Assembly (NCBI GenBank): GCA_963737655.1 | Contig: CAVTTN010000002.1 | Span: 2,144,001-2,208,000 of the forward strand | DNA length: 64,000 nt | Source of the DNA: an uncultured Planctomycetota bacterium | Lineage (GTDB): Bacteria; Planctomycetota; Planctomycetia; Isosphaerales; Isosphaeraceae | Direction of reading: 5' to 3' | In this document: positions 46,630-56,461 of the stretch, in pieces | How positions within the stretch are numbered: the stretch's first letter is position 1 | How the letters are laid out: each line of letters starts with the position of its first letter | The notes under the pieces: generated by a model | The model's input: the letters and a program-made list of their open reading frames with translations, nothing else | Told to the model about the DNA's origin: nothing | Database searches by the model: none | Made by a program: the position numbers and the translations under genes

Positions 46630-48792
46630 ATGGACCCGGACCGGCCCCCGCGATTCGCCCGGACCCGAGGCGTCCTCCGAGGCGCCCTGGTCGTGCTGCC
46701 TCCGTGGGCGTTTGGCTCGGTGGAGGCCTGGGCCGGGCTGATCCTGGCGGGTTTGGTGGTCGTCCTGGCGGGATTGAGCGTGTTCGCGGGTGGGCGGAGG
46801 AAGCCCGGAGGCCCGGCTCTGGCCCTGGCGGGGCTGGCCCTGCTCGGCGTCGTCCAGGCCCTGCCGATGGGCGAGGCGGTCGTGTCTCGGCTGGCCCCGG
46901 GTTCGGCGTCCCTGATCCGTTCGATGGCGCCGCGATCGCCGCAAGGCGTTGTTGGAGCTGAAGGTTCGGGCGTTTCTCCGCCGTCGATGAGCGTGAGCCT
47001 CGAACCGGAATCGTCGAGGAAGGCCGCCGTTTCCCTGGCGGTGGCGGCCCTGGCGTTCTGGGCGTCGAGCGTGCCGACGGGTCGCCGGGACCTGGCCCGC
47101 CTCGGGCTTCTCCTCGCCCTGAACTGCGCCGTCCTCGCCGTCTTCGCGAGGGTCCAGGCCCTGTCGTGGGACGGCCGGATCTTCTGGGCCCGCCCGTCGC
47201 CGATGGAGGACGGTCGCGACACCGGCGGCCCGTTCGTCGGCCACGGGCCGCTGGCGGCTTATCTCTGCCTGGGCCTGGGATTCGCCCTGGCCGGGCTGCG
47301 GGCCGGGAGACGGCCCGGGCCCGGCCGGGCCGTCTGGGCCTATCTGGCGTTTGCGATCGGTGCCGGTTTGATCGGTTCGCATTCCAGGACCGGAGTGCTC
47401 GCCGCCGTCGGGGCCTCGGTGGTCGTGGCGGCAGAGATGGGGGTCCGCGGCCGGTGGATCGCGGCCGGGGTGATCGGCTTCGGCCTGCTGGTGATTGTTG
47501 TAACCTGTGTGGATGGATCGACTTCAAGCTTACTTCGCCTCACTTCGCTGGCCGACAATGGCTCCCTGGCCCCGAGGCTGGAGATCGCCCGGGCGGCGGT
47601 GCGGGCCTGGGCCGATCGGCCGGTCTTCGGCTCCGGATTCGGGACGTTTTCGACCGTTGCCGCGCCTTACTTGACGAGCGACGACGGCCGGTTCGTCGCG
47701 AGGGCCGAGAACGAGTGGCTCGATCTCCTGACCGAGGGCGGCCTGGTGGGCGTCGGGATCGCCCTGGCGGGACTGGCCTCGCTGACCCGTGCGATCCGGC
47801 AAACCGGGAAGTCCTGGGACGTTGCGGCGGCCGCGTTTGGCCTGGTGGCCCTGGCGATCCATGCGTTGGGCGATTCGCCCCTGCATGTGCCCGGAGTGGC
47901 GATCCCGGCGGCCGTCCTGGCGGGGGTGGCGTGGGGCGGGGGCCAGAAAGGGAGGTCGGGATGCTCCATGGAGGACCACTCCGGGGCTGACCCCGATTCA
48001 CCACGAAGCCACGAAGAGCACGAAGGTAGACACAAAGAGATGGGTGAATTCCCGTCGTCTTTGTGTCTACCTTCGTGCTCTTCGTGGCTTCGTGGCGAGT
48101 TTCTTGGGGTTTTCCACTTTGGGGCGTTCGTGGCGGTCGCGGGCCTGGCGGTCTTGATCCTGAGGTCGAAAGCGTGCGATGCAATGGCGGAGGTCGAGCT
48201 GGCGAGGGGCGGGTTGCCCCTTCCGGGGTCGGCCATGCCTTCGGCGGGGCCGGACGACTCGCCTCGATCGGTCCTGGAAACGCGGCGGCATGCCCTGATC
48301 CGGGCCCTGGCCCATCGGCCGGACTGGGCGGAGGGGCATCTCCGGCTCGCCCTGACCGCGACGGCCCTCTATCGCCGGACCGTCCTCGAATGGATCGCGG
48401 AGGATGGCGCCGAGGGGCCCTCGACCGAGGACCTGGGTGATCCGTTGGCCCTGCGGCGGGCGGTCCTGGCGGGCTCGCCGGAGATGATGGCGGCGGACCC
48501 GGTCCGGGATCACCTCGTCCCGGCGGCCCGGTCGTTCCTCGAAGCCCGGCGGTGTTCTCCGGCGATGGCCTGGCCCCATCTGGGGCTGGCGACGGTGGAT
48601 TTTCTCCTGATCGGGCCGGACTCGTCCGGGGATCATCTCGGCCGGACCCTGGCCAGGGCCTCGCCCGATGGGGCCTGGCTCGAACGGGTCGCCGAGGTGG
48701 CCCGCCAGTCGGGCCGGGCCGACCTGGAGCGCCGGGCCCTCGAACGAGCCCGGTCCGTCCGCGACGATCGAGACCGGGAGGCGCGGCCATGA
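46630..48792 (+). CDS. O-antigen ligase (Wzy_C) family protein with TPR-like C-terminus
   Basis: PPWAFGSV, GPFV, SRTG, PVFGSGFGTF and AENEWL. Contains an in-frame palindrome. Confidence 0.8.
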   Translation: MDPDRPPRFARTRGVLRGALVVLPPWAFGSVEAWAGLILAGLVVVLAGLSVFAGGRRKPGGPALALAGLALLGVVQALPMGEAVVSRLAPGSASLIRSMAPRSPQGVVGAEGSGVSPPSMSVSLEPESSRKAAVSLAVAALAFWASSVPTGRRDLARLGLLLALNCAVLAVFARVQALSWDGRIFWARPSPMEDGRDTGGPFVGHGPLAAYLCLGLGFALAGLRAGRRPGPGRAVWAYLAFAIGAGLIGSHSRTGVLAAVGASVVVAAEMGVRGRWIAAGVIGFGLLVIVVTCVDGSTSSLLRLTSLADNGSLAPRLEIARAAVRAWADRPVFGSGFGTFSTVAAPYLTSDDGRFVARAENEWLDLLTEGGLVGVGIALAGLASLTRAIRQTGKSWDVAAAAFGLVALAIHALGDSPLHVPGVAIPAAVLAGVAWGGGQKGRSGCSMEDHSGADPDSPRSHEEHEGRHKEMGEFPSSLCLPSCSSWLRGEFLGVFHFGAFVAVAGLAVLILRSKACDAMAEVELARGGLPLPGSAMPSAGPDDSPRSVLETRRHALIRALAHRPDWAEGHLRLALTATALYRRTVLEWIAEDGAEGPSTEDLGDPLALRRAVLAGSPEMMAADPVRDHLVPAARSFLEARRCSPAMAWPHLGLATVDFLLIGPDSSGDHLGRTLARASPDGAWLERVAEVARQSGRADLERRALERARSVRDDRDREARP
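48001..48095. repeat. perfect 38-bp inverted repeat inside a CDS
   Basis: CCACGAAGCCACGAAGAGCACGAAGGTAGACACAAAGA (48001-48038) and its exact reverse complement (48058-48095), with a 19-nt spacer. Confidence 0.95.
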
Positions 48793-50962
48793 ATCCCTCG
48801 GGCGATGCCTATCGCGATCCGACAGACGCGCTGAAAGCTTCATGGGACGCGGTCCGCCGGGGCTGGCGAATCGTGGCGGCGGTCTCGGCCGGTTGCCTGA
48901 CGGTCGGCATCCTCTGGGTCGCGGCCACGCCCAGGGCGTATCAGGCCACGCTCCGCCTGCTGATCTCGGCCAATGCCGCGTCTCCCCTGGGTCTGGGCGG
49001 GTTCGAAGCGGCCCGCGCGCCCGACCCGCTCGACGACCCGATCCCCACGCAGGCCATGATCTTGAGAAGCACCTCGGTCGTCGGCCGGGCCGTCGAGGAG
49101 CTTGGCCCCAGGGGCCTGCCCAGCCTGTTCGGCGTGGCCGACCCGGTCCGCGAGGCGATCTCCCGGACCTCCGTGACCCGGCCCGACCGGACCGCGAAGG
49201 TCCTTCAGCTCGACGTCTCGGCGGGCTCTCGCGAGGAGGCGGTCCGGCTGGCGGAGGCGATCGCCGACAGCCATCGGCGGTTCCTGGACGAGAACGGCCG
49301 GCGAGCGGGATCGGGGGTCGTGGCCCTCCTGGGCCGGGCCCGCGACGAGCTCCGGGCCGAGATCGAGGCCCAGGAACAAAGGCTCCGCGACCACCGCGCC
49401 AGGCATCCCGAGGCCCCGACCGGCGACTCGGCCCGCGCCCTGGCGCTCCGGGCCGTCGAGCCGTGGGAGCGTGCCTCGGCCGAGGCGACCGTCCGCGCCG
49501 TCCGGCTCCGGGCCCAGCTCGATCTCGGCCGGTCCCTGAGCGTCGAGGGGAAGGACGCCCGTTCGATCGCCCTGGCCCTCGGCCTGATCGACGAGCCGGG
49601 CGGGGGCGCGATCGGCCGACTTGGGGACGAGTCGTCGGGCGAGGCGTCCGATTACTTGCGCAGGATCAAGGATGAGTTGCGCAAGCAAACCGAGGCCCTC
49701 GGCCCCGGGTCCACCAAGGCCCGCGAGCTTCAAGAGCAGCTTCAGAGGCTCTCGGCCCGACCGGCCGACCTCCTCGACGCGGTGGCCGGGGCGCTCCGGG
49801 CGGCCGAGACGCTCCGCGACGAGTATTCCCGGAGGCGAGACCGGGCCCTCGCCGGGGCCGGCGCCGCCGAGGGGGCCGCGTCCGACGCCGACCTCCTCCG
49901 CGCCGACCTCGACCGCTCCCGCGCCCTGTTTTCGGCGGTGGTCGAGCAGATCAAGGCGGCCGAGATCGCCGGGGACCGGCCGCCGATCTCCGCCCGGGTG
50001 ATCGAACCGGCCACCTCGCCTCGATCGCCGATCCGGCCGAAGGTCCCGATGACGCTCGGCCTCTCGCTCGTCGCCGGCCTCGTCCTCGGCTCGCTCGCCT
50101 CCGTGGTGGCCGACCGCCTCGACCCCGGCCTCCGTTCGCCCGACCTCATGCAAGAGGCGCTCGGCCTGTCGGTCCTCGGCCTGATCCCGGACGAAACGGC
50201 CCTGCCGATGGGCCGGGTCACCCTGGCCATGCCCAGGTCGGTCCCGTCCGAGGCGTTCAAGGCGGCGAGGACTCACGTCGAGGCATGCCGGATCGCGAAA
50301 AATGCACGGATCATACTCGTGACCAGCCCCCGGCCCGAGGAGGGCAAGAGCACCCTGGCGAGCAACCTGGCCATCGCCACCGCGCAGGCCGGCCGGCGCG
50401 TCTTGCTGATCGACGCCGACCTCCGCCGGCCGACCCAGGGCCGCCTTCATGGCGCGGGCGCGGCCCCGGGCTCGCCGATCTCCTCGCGACCGACGACCCG
50501 CCGAGCTTCCGCCAGTGCGTCCGGGCCGCCGAGCCTCCCGGGCTCGACCTCCTGACCGCCGGCCACACGCCCGACGACCCCTCCGAGCGGCTGATGTCCG
50601 CCCGGCTCTCGGCCGTCCTCGACGAGGCGAGAGACCTGTATGACCTGGTCATCATCGATTCGTCGCCCCTCCTCGCCGTGACCGACCCGGCCATCCTCGC
50701 CGGGCGGGCCGACGCCCTCCTCCTGGTCGTCCGCCTCGGCCGGACCCGACTCGACGACGCCCGCCGGGCCGTCGGCATCCTGCGAGGCCTGGGCACGCCG
50801 ATCCTCGGCGCCATCGTCAATGGGCTGAAGTGGCGCGAACATACCTACGCTTATGGATATGACTCCGAAGACCGTCCCGTCCCGCCCGACCCGATCGCGG
50901 GGCGCCCCGCGTCGCCCGTTCATGCGACGACGTCCCAGGAGGCCAACGGTGTTCACGCATGA
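48789..50962 (+). CDS. wzc: Wzc-type polysaccharide co-polymerase / tyrosine autokinase (frameshift near 50460)
   Basis: Two TM segments flanking a coiled-coil domain, Walker A EEGKST, LIDADLRRP, IIDSSP and Tyr cluster TYAYGY. Confidence 0.9.
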
Positions 50963-51860
50963 ATTCGCGGCTTGCCCGGGCTGGCGAGGGCTCGTCCTCG
51001 CCGTGATCGGCCTGGCGGGCGTCCCGCCCGGCGTCCCTGGCGACGAGCCGACGGCGATCGTCCTCCGTCGGTGTACGACCGAGTTTGCGAGCGCCTCGAC
51101 GCTTGGGGTGGCCTCGGGTGGCCTGCTGGAGTCGCTGGAGGTGAAGGTCGGCGACCGCGTGGAGGCGGGGCGGACCCTCGCTCGATTGAACGACGCGGAC
51201 GCCCTGGCCGAGCGCGACCGCCGGGCCGCCGAGGCCGCCTATGACGGCGATTTGCGGCTGGCCGAGGCGAAACGGGCGCAGGTCGCCGCCAGGCTCCGCA
51301 CGGCCGAGGCGCTCGGGCGGAGGAACCTCGTGAGCGCCGACGAGACGGCCGCGCTCAAGGTCGAGGCCGACGCCGCCGTCGGGGCCGTCGAGGAGGCGAA
51401 GCACCGCCGCCGGCTCGCCGAGATCGGCCTCAGGCAGGCCGAGCAGGCACTCCTCGGTCGCCGGATCGTCGCGCCTCACGACGGCCTGGTCGTCGCCGTG
51501 TTCAAGGCCCGAGGCGAGCCCGTGGCGCCGACCGAGCCGATCCTGAAGGTCGTCAGCGTCGATCGTGTCCGAGTCACCGGCCTCCTCGACGTCTCGCTCG
51601 CCTGGAAGGTCCGAGCCGGACGGCCCGTGAAGGTCTCGGCCGAGGTCCGAGGCGCGGACCTGCCGATCGAGGCCGAGACCTTCGTCGGGACAATTCTGCT
51701 CGTCGATCCCGAGGTCAACCCCGAGACCCAAACCTGCCGGGTGGTCGCGGAAGTCGAGAACCGAGACGGCCTCCTCCGCGCCGGGCTCGAGGCGCGAATG
51801 GAGATCCTGGCGGAGGCTCACAGCCCGACGGACCCCGAGAGCCCGAAAAGCAACAAATAA
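50949..51860 (+). CDS. HlyD/RND-type periplasmic adaptor subunit
   Basis: VKVGDRVEAGRTLARL lipoyl half-motif, coiled-coil hairpin, IVAPHDGLV and LRAGL. Confidence 0.85.
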   Translation: MFTHEFAACPGWRGLVLAVIGLAGVPPGVPGDEPTAIVLRRCTTEFASASTLGVASGGLLESLEVKVGDRVEAGRTLARLNDADALAERDRRAAEAAYDGDLRLAEAKRAQVAARLRTAEALGRRNLVSADETAALKVEADAAVGAVEEAKHRRRLAEIGLRQAEQALLGRRIVAPHDGLVVAVFKARGEPVAPTEPILKVVSVDRVRVTGLLDVSLAWKVRAGRPVKVSAEVRGADLPIEAETFVGTILLVDPEVNPETQTCRVVAEVENRDGLLRAGLEARMEILAEAHSPTDPESPKSNK

Positions 51861-52016
51861 AATTCATTTATGTGAATTTAATATGAAAACAACGGTATTG
51901 ATTCCCCGTCAAGATTCCCCGCCCGACGATCGTTTTCCGCCGCCGAGACTCCCGAACCGGTTCTATCCTGAGGGCGAGTGCGTGCGTCACCGGCCTCCCG
52001 GACGAGGAAAACCGCG

Positions 52017-53153
52017 ATGGAGATCCCCCTGTCTCGACCGTGGATCACCGAGGCCGACGTCTCGGCCGTCGTCGAGGTCCTGCGGTCCCCCAGCCTGAGC
52101 CTGGGCCCGAGGCTCTCGGCCTTCGAGCGGGAGATGGCCCGGTATTGCGGGACGCTTGGCGCCGTGGCCGTGAGCAGCGGGACCGCCGGCCTCCATCTCG
52201 GGTTGATCGCCTCGGACGTGGGGGCCGGCGACGAGGTCATCACCTCGCCGTTCAGCTTCATCGCCTCCGCGAATTGTGCCCTCTATGTCGGCGCCCGTCC
52301 CGTGTTCGCCGATATCGACCCGAGGTCCCTGACGATCGATCCCGACGCGGTTGCTGATCGCGTCGGGCCTCGCACCCGTGCGATGGTCCCCGTCGATGTG
52401 TTCGGCCAGCCCGTCGCGATGGATGAATTGTTGCCGATCGCGGCACGCCATGATCTGGCGATCGTCCGCGACGCGTGCGAGGCGATCGGGGCCGAGCGCG
52501 ACGGGGAGCGGATCGGCCGGGAGGGGACCGCCTCCGTCTTCGCCTTCTACCCGAACAAGCAGATGACCACCGGCGAGGGCGGGATCGTCGTCTCGGACGA
52601 CCTCGAATTCCTGGATGTGGTCCGCAGCCTCGCGAACCAGGGCCGCGACGACCAGGGGACGTGGATGAACCACGTCCGCCTCGGCTTCAACGCCCGGATG
52701 GACGAGATGAGCGCGGCCCTCGGCCGATCGCAGCTCGCGAGGATCGACGACATCCTCGCGAGGCGGGCGAGGGTGGCGTCGTGGTATGTCGAGCGCCTCG
52801 AAGGGATCGACGGAGTGGAGGCCCCGTGGATCGACCCGAGGACGACGCGATGGAGCCCGTTCGTGTTCGTCGTCCGGCTCGACCCGGAGATCGATCGCCC
52901 CGGGCTGATGGCCGAACTCGCCCGCGACGGCATCCCGTCGCGGCCGTATTTCGTGCCGATCCACCTCCAGCCGCTCTATCGCGAGCGGTTCGGTCATCGC
53001 GAGGGGGAATTCCCGGTCACGGAGGCCGTGGCCCGGACCACGCTCGCCCTCCCATTCTTTACGGAGATGACCGAACTTCAAGTCGATCACGTTTGCAATC
53101 GTATCGCCGCGAGGCGGGCGCGATCGCGAGCGAGCGTCGGGGCGATCCGATGA
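52017..53153 (+). CDS. DegT/DnrJ/EryC1/StrS sugar aminotransferase
   Basis: AVSSGTAGLHL, GDEVI, DACEAIG and FYPNKQMTTGEGG. Confidence 0.95.
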   Translation: MEIPLSRPWITEADVSAVVEVLRSPSLSLGPRLSAFEREMARYCGTLGAVAVSSGTAGLHLGLIASDVGAGDEVITSPFSFIASANCALYVGARPVFADIDPRSLTIDPDAVADRVGPRTRAMVPVDVFGQPVAMDELLPIAARHDLAIVRDACEAIGAERDGERIGREGTASVFAFYPNKQMTTGEGGIVVSDDLEFLDVVRSLANQGRDDQGTWMNHVRLGFNARMDEMSAALGRSQLARIDDILARRARVASWYVERLEGIDGVEAPWIDPRTTRWSPFVFVVRLDPEIDRPGLMAELARDGIPSRPYFVPIHLQPLYRERFGHREGEFPVTEAVARTTLALPFFTEMTELQVDHVCNRIAARRARSRASVGAIR

Positions 53154-54426
53154 TCGCCCTGGCTTCGAGGCTCGCCCGGGGTGGGGCGAGCGTCTCCCTC
53201 GGTCCGGGGGCAAACGTGGTTCATGCCCTGCTCGGCAACGTCGCGGCGGCGGCGAGCCAGTGGGGGATGCTGGCCCTGATCGCGAAATCGGGAGGGCCCC
53301 GGCCGTCGGCCGGTTCGCGTTCGGCCTGGCGATCTCGGCCCCGGTCATCACGTTCGCCAACCTCGCGCTGAGGCCGATCCAGGCCGGCGACGCGCTCGGC
53401 CGGTTCGCGTTCGGCGACTATCTCGGACTCCGGCTGATCTCGACGACGCTGGCGCTCGCCGCGATCCTCGGCCTGGCGATGGCGGCCTCGCCCGATCGCG
53501 GGACGCTGGCCTCGGCGCTGGCCCTGGGCGTGGCGAAGGCGTTCGAGGCGGTCTCCGACGTCGTCCTCGGCCGGTTCCAGCGGGGCGAGAGGCTGGACCT
53601 CGTGGCCCGGTCGCAGGTCTCGCGAGGCGTTCTCTCGGCGGGGTTCGTCGCTGCCGCCCTGGCGGCGACGGGGCGGGTGGAGATCGCGGCGATCGGGATC
53701 GCGGTGGCCGGGGCGCTGGTCCTGATCGTCCACGACCTGCCGATGGTCGCGTCCCTGGACGCCCCGATCCCGCGATTCCGGGCCGAGGTCTTGCGATCGC
53801 TCGCCTGGCTCGCCTTGCCCCTGGGGGTTGCGACCATGTTGAGTTCCTTGAATGCGAATCTTCCGCGCTATTTTCTCGAACGAAGCCGAGGGGGCGCCGA
53901 CCTCGGGGCGTTCGCGGCGCTGGCGTACCTCGCGACGGCCGGGACCACGGCGATTTCCGCGCTCGGTCAGGCGGCCACGCCGGGCCTGGCTCGATCGTTC
54001 GCCTCGGGCGATCTTCGAGGATTCCGACGATCGATGAGGCGCGACCTCTCGCTGGGCATCGCCGTGGGATTGGCGGGCCTGGCCGGTTCGATCGGCCTCG
54101 GCGGGCCGATCCTCTCCGCGTTGTATCGTCCCGAGTTCGCCGCCTATGCATCCATCCTCCCCATCGTGATGATGGCGGCGGCGTTCGAGTATGTCGGCTC
54201 GCTGATGGGCTATGGATTGACGGCGGCGCGGTCGTTCCGGGTCCAACCGTGGCTGTTCGGGGCGTCGGCGGCGGTGATGGCGATGTCGTGCGGGACGCTC
54301 GTGCCGAGGTTCGGGCCGGCAGGGGCGGCCTGGTCGCTGGCGATCGCCTCGGCGTTCGGGATGGTCGCGACGACCGCCTGCCTCGCGTTCGCGCTTCGAC
54401 GATCCGCCCGGGAGTTCCGCCGATGA
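53150..54426 (+). CDS. wzx: Wzx-type flippase (frameshift near 53300)
   Basis: Multi-TM protein with the MOP-flippase-like start (GNV..AASQW...IAK) and LALPLG..NLPRYFLE. Confidence 0.8.
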
Positions 54427-55316
54427 CGACGCTCCGAGGCTCGCTCCGCCCCTGGGTCCACTCGGCCTCCGCGATGCCGATCGTCTCGGCCCCGTTGCGG
54501 GCGCTCGGCCGCTCGGGGCTGCTGCCCAGGGCGGTGTGGAGGCGGCTCCCGGCGGGCGGGACGTGCCTCGTCCGGGTCGCCGGGGCCTCGCCGTTCCTCT
54601 ATCGAGCGGGCCCGAACGACGCGGTGGGGCGCGGCCTGTTCTGGCGAGGCGGCGCGAGCTGGGAACCCGAGACGACCGCCCTGTTCGCCCGGCTGGCGAG
54701 GGGGGCGGGGACGGTCCTGGACGTCGGTGCCAACACCGGGTTGTTCACCCTGCTCGCCCTCGCCTCGGGGCCGGATTGCCGGGTCGTCGCCTTCGAGCCG
54801 GTGCCGAGGACGCATCGGCTCTTGCTCGAACAAGTGGCCCTGAACGGATGGTCGGATCGGTGCGAAGCCAGGTCGTCGGCCGCGTCGGACGCCCCCGGGA
54901 TTGCGGAATTTCATGTTCCGTTTGAAGATTATCCCACGTCGGCGAGCCTCGATCCCAGTGGGTTCCGAGGGATGGCCGGCGAGTCGATCCGCGTCGTCGT
55001 CGAGGCCCTGGACGACGCCATCCCGCCGGGGACTCGCGTCGGCCTGGCGAAGATTGACGTCGAGGGGTTCGAGGACCGCGCCCTCCGGGGGATGCGGCGA
55101 ATCCTGGAGGAATCGCGGCCTCACCTGGTCGTCGAGTGCAACCCGGACGGCCCGTTCTCGGCGGTCGAATCGCTCCTGATCCCCCTCGGCTACCGCTTCT
55201 TTCATCTCTCGCAACGAGGGCCGAGGCGCGTCGATCGGATCGTGCCGGATTCGTGCGAACATGCGAGGAATTACCTCGCCATCGCCCGGGAGTGCCCGGG
55301 ATTGGAGCCGGCATGA
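54423..55316 (+). CDS. FkbM family methyltransferase
   Basis: VLDVGANTG, VAFEP and KIDVEGFE. Confidence 0.92.
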   Translation: MTTLRGSLRPWVHSASAMPIVSAPLRALGRSGLLPRAVWRRLPAGGTCLVRVAGASPFLYRAGPNDAVGRGLFWRGGASWEPETTALFARLARGAGTVLDVGANTGLFTLLALASGPDCRVVAFEPVPRTHRLLLEQVALNGWSDRCEARSSAASDAPGIAEFHVPFEDYPTSASLDPSGFRGMAGESIRVVVEALDDAIPPGTRVGLAKIDVEGFEDRALRGMRRILEESRPHLVVECNPDGPFSAVESLLIPLGYRFFHLSQRGPRRVDRIVPDSCEHARNYLAIARECPGLEPA

Positions 55317-56461
55317 CGCGCGTCCTCCACGTCGTCGGCAGCCTGGACCGGGGCGGGGTGGAGACGTGGCTCATGCACGTTCTCCGATCGGTTGATCGCT
55401 CGCGGGCGGCGATGGATTTCCTCGTTCATTCGCCGAGACCGGGGGCGTACGACGCCGAGGCGAGGCGGCTCGGGGCCGGGATCTTCGCGTGCGAGACGCC
55501 CCGGCGCCCGGGGCTCTACGGCCGGAATTTTCGGCGGATCGTCGCGGGACGGGGGCCTTATGACGTCGTCCATAGTCATGTTCACTATTACAGTGGATAT
55601 GTCCTGGCGATGGCCGCGAGGGCGGGCGTGGCGGCCCGCGTGGCCCACAGCCATAACGACACGAGATGCCTCGATCGGACTCTGAATCCGCTGCGCCGGG
55701 CCTATCTCGCGGCGATGAGGCGGCTGATCGACCGCCACGCGACGGCCGGGCTGGCGGCGAGCCGGAGGGCCGCCGCGTCGCTGTTCGGCGAGCGATGGGC
55801 GTCGGACCCGCGATGGCGAGTCCTGCTCTACGGGATCGACCTGGGGCCGTTCGGCGAGGCCGTGGATCGCGGGGCCGTCCGCGATTCGCTGGGTATCCCG
55901 AGGGATGCGTTCGTGGTGGGCCATGTCGGTCGATTCGTCATGCAGAAGAATCACGAGTTTTTGGTGGATGTGTTCGGAGAGGTCCTTCGACGGGAGCCGA
56001 GGGCCTGGCTCCTGCTCGTGGGGGACGGCGAATGCCGCGCGGCGATCGAGGCGCGATTGAAGGCCGGGGGATGGGCCTCGCGAGCCACGATCTCGGCCTC
56101 GCGGCCCGACGTCCCGAGGGTCATGAAAGGCGCGATGGATGCGTTTGTGCTTCCCTCGCGATTCGAGGGATTGGGGCTGGTGCTCGTCGAGGCGCAGGCG
56201 GCCGGATTGCCCTGCGTGGCGAGCGCCGAGGTGCCCGAGGAGGCGATCCTCTCCCCGGGAAGCGTCACGCTCCTGCCCCTCGATCGCCCGGCCGGCGAGT
56301 GGGCGGAGGCGGTGTTGAGGGTCCGCGAAGACCGGGTCGAAACGGGCCGATTGGCCGAGGCCGCCGGGTTCGGCCGGGAGCGGTCGGCCTCGGCGCTGGT
56401 CGAGTTCTATGAAGCGGCCCTGGGCCGGGGAGTCGCGTCGTGCGCACCGTCCCGGGCTTGA
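55313..56461 (+). CDS. GT4 glycosyltransferase (EpsF-like)
   Basis: GGVETW, HVGRFVMQKNH and PSRFEGLGLVLVEAQAAGLP. Confidence 0.92.
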   Translation: MTRVLHVVGSLDRGGVETWLMHVLRSVDRSRAAMDFLVHSPRPGAYDAEARRLGAGIFACETPRRPGLYGRNFRRIVAGRGPYDVVHSHVHYYSGYVLAMAARAGVAARVAHSHNDTRCLDRTLNPLRRAYLAAMRRLIDRHATAGLAASRRAAASLFGERWASDPRWRVLLYGIDLGPFGEAVDRGAVRDSLGIPRDAFVVGHVGRFVMQKNHEFLVDVFGEVLRREPRAWLLLVGDGECRAAIEARLKAGGWASRATISASRPDVPRVMKGAMDAFVLPSRFEGLGLVLVEAQAAGLPCVASAEVPEEAILSPGSVTLLPLDRPAGEWAEAVLRVREDRVETGRLAEAAGFGRERSASALVEFYEAALGRGVASCAPSRA

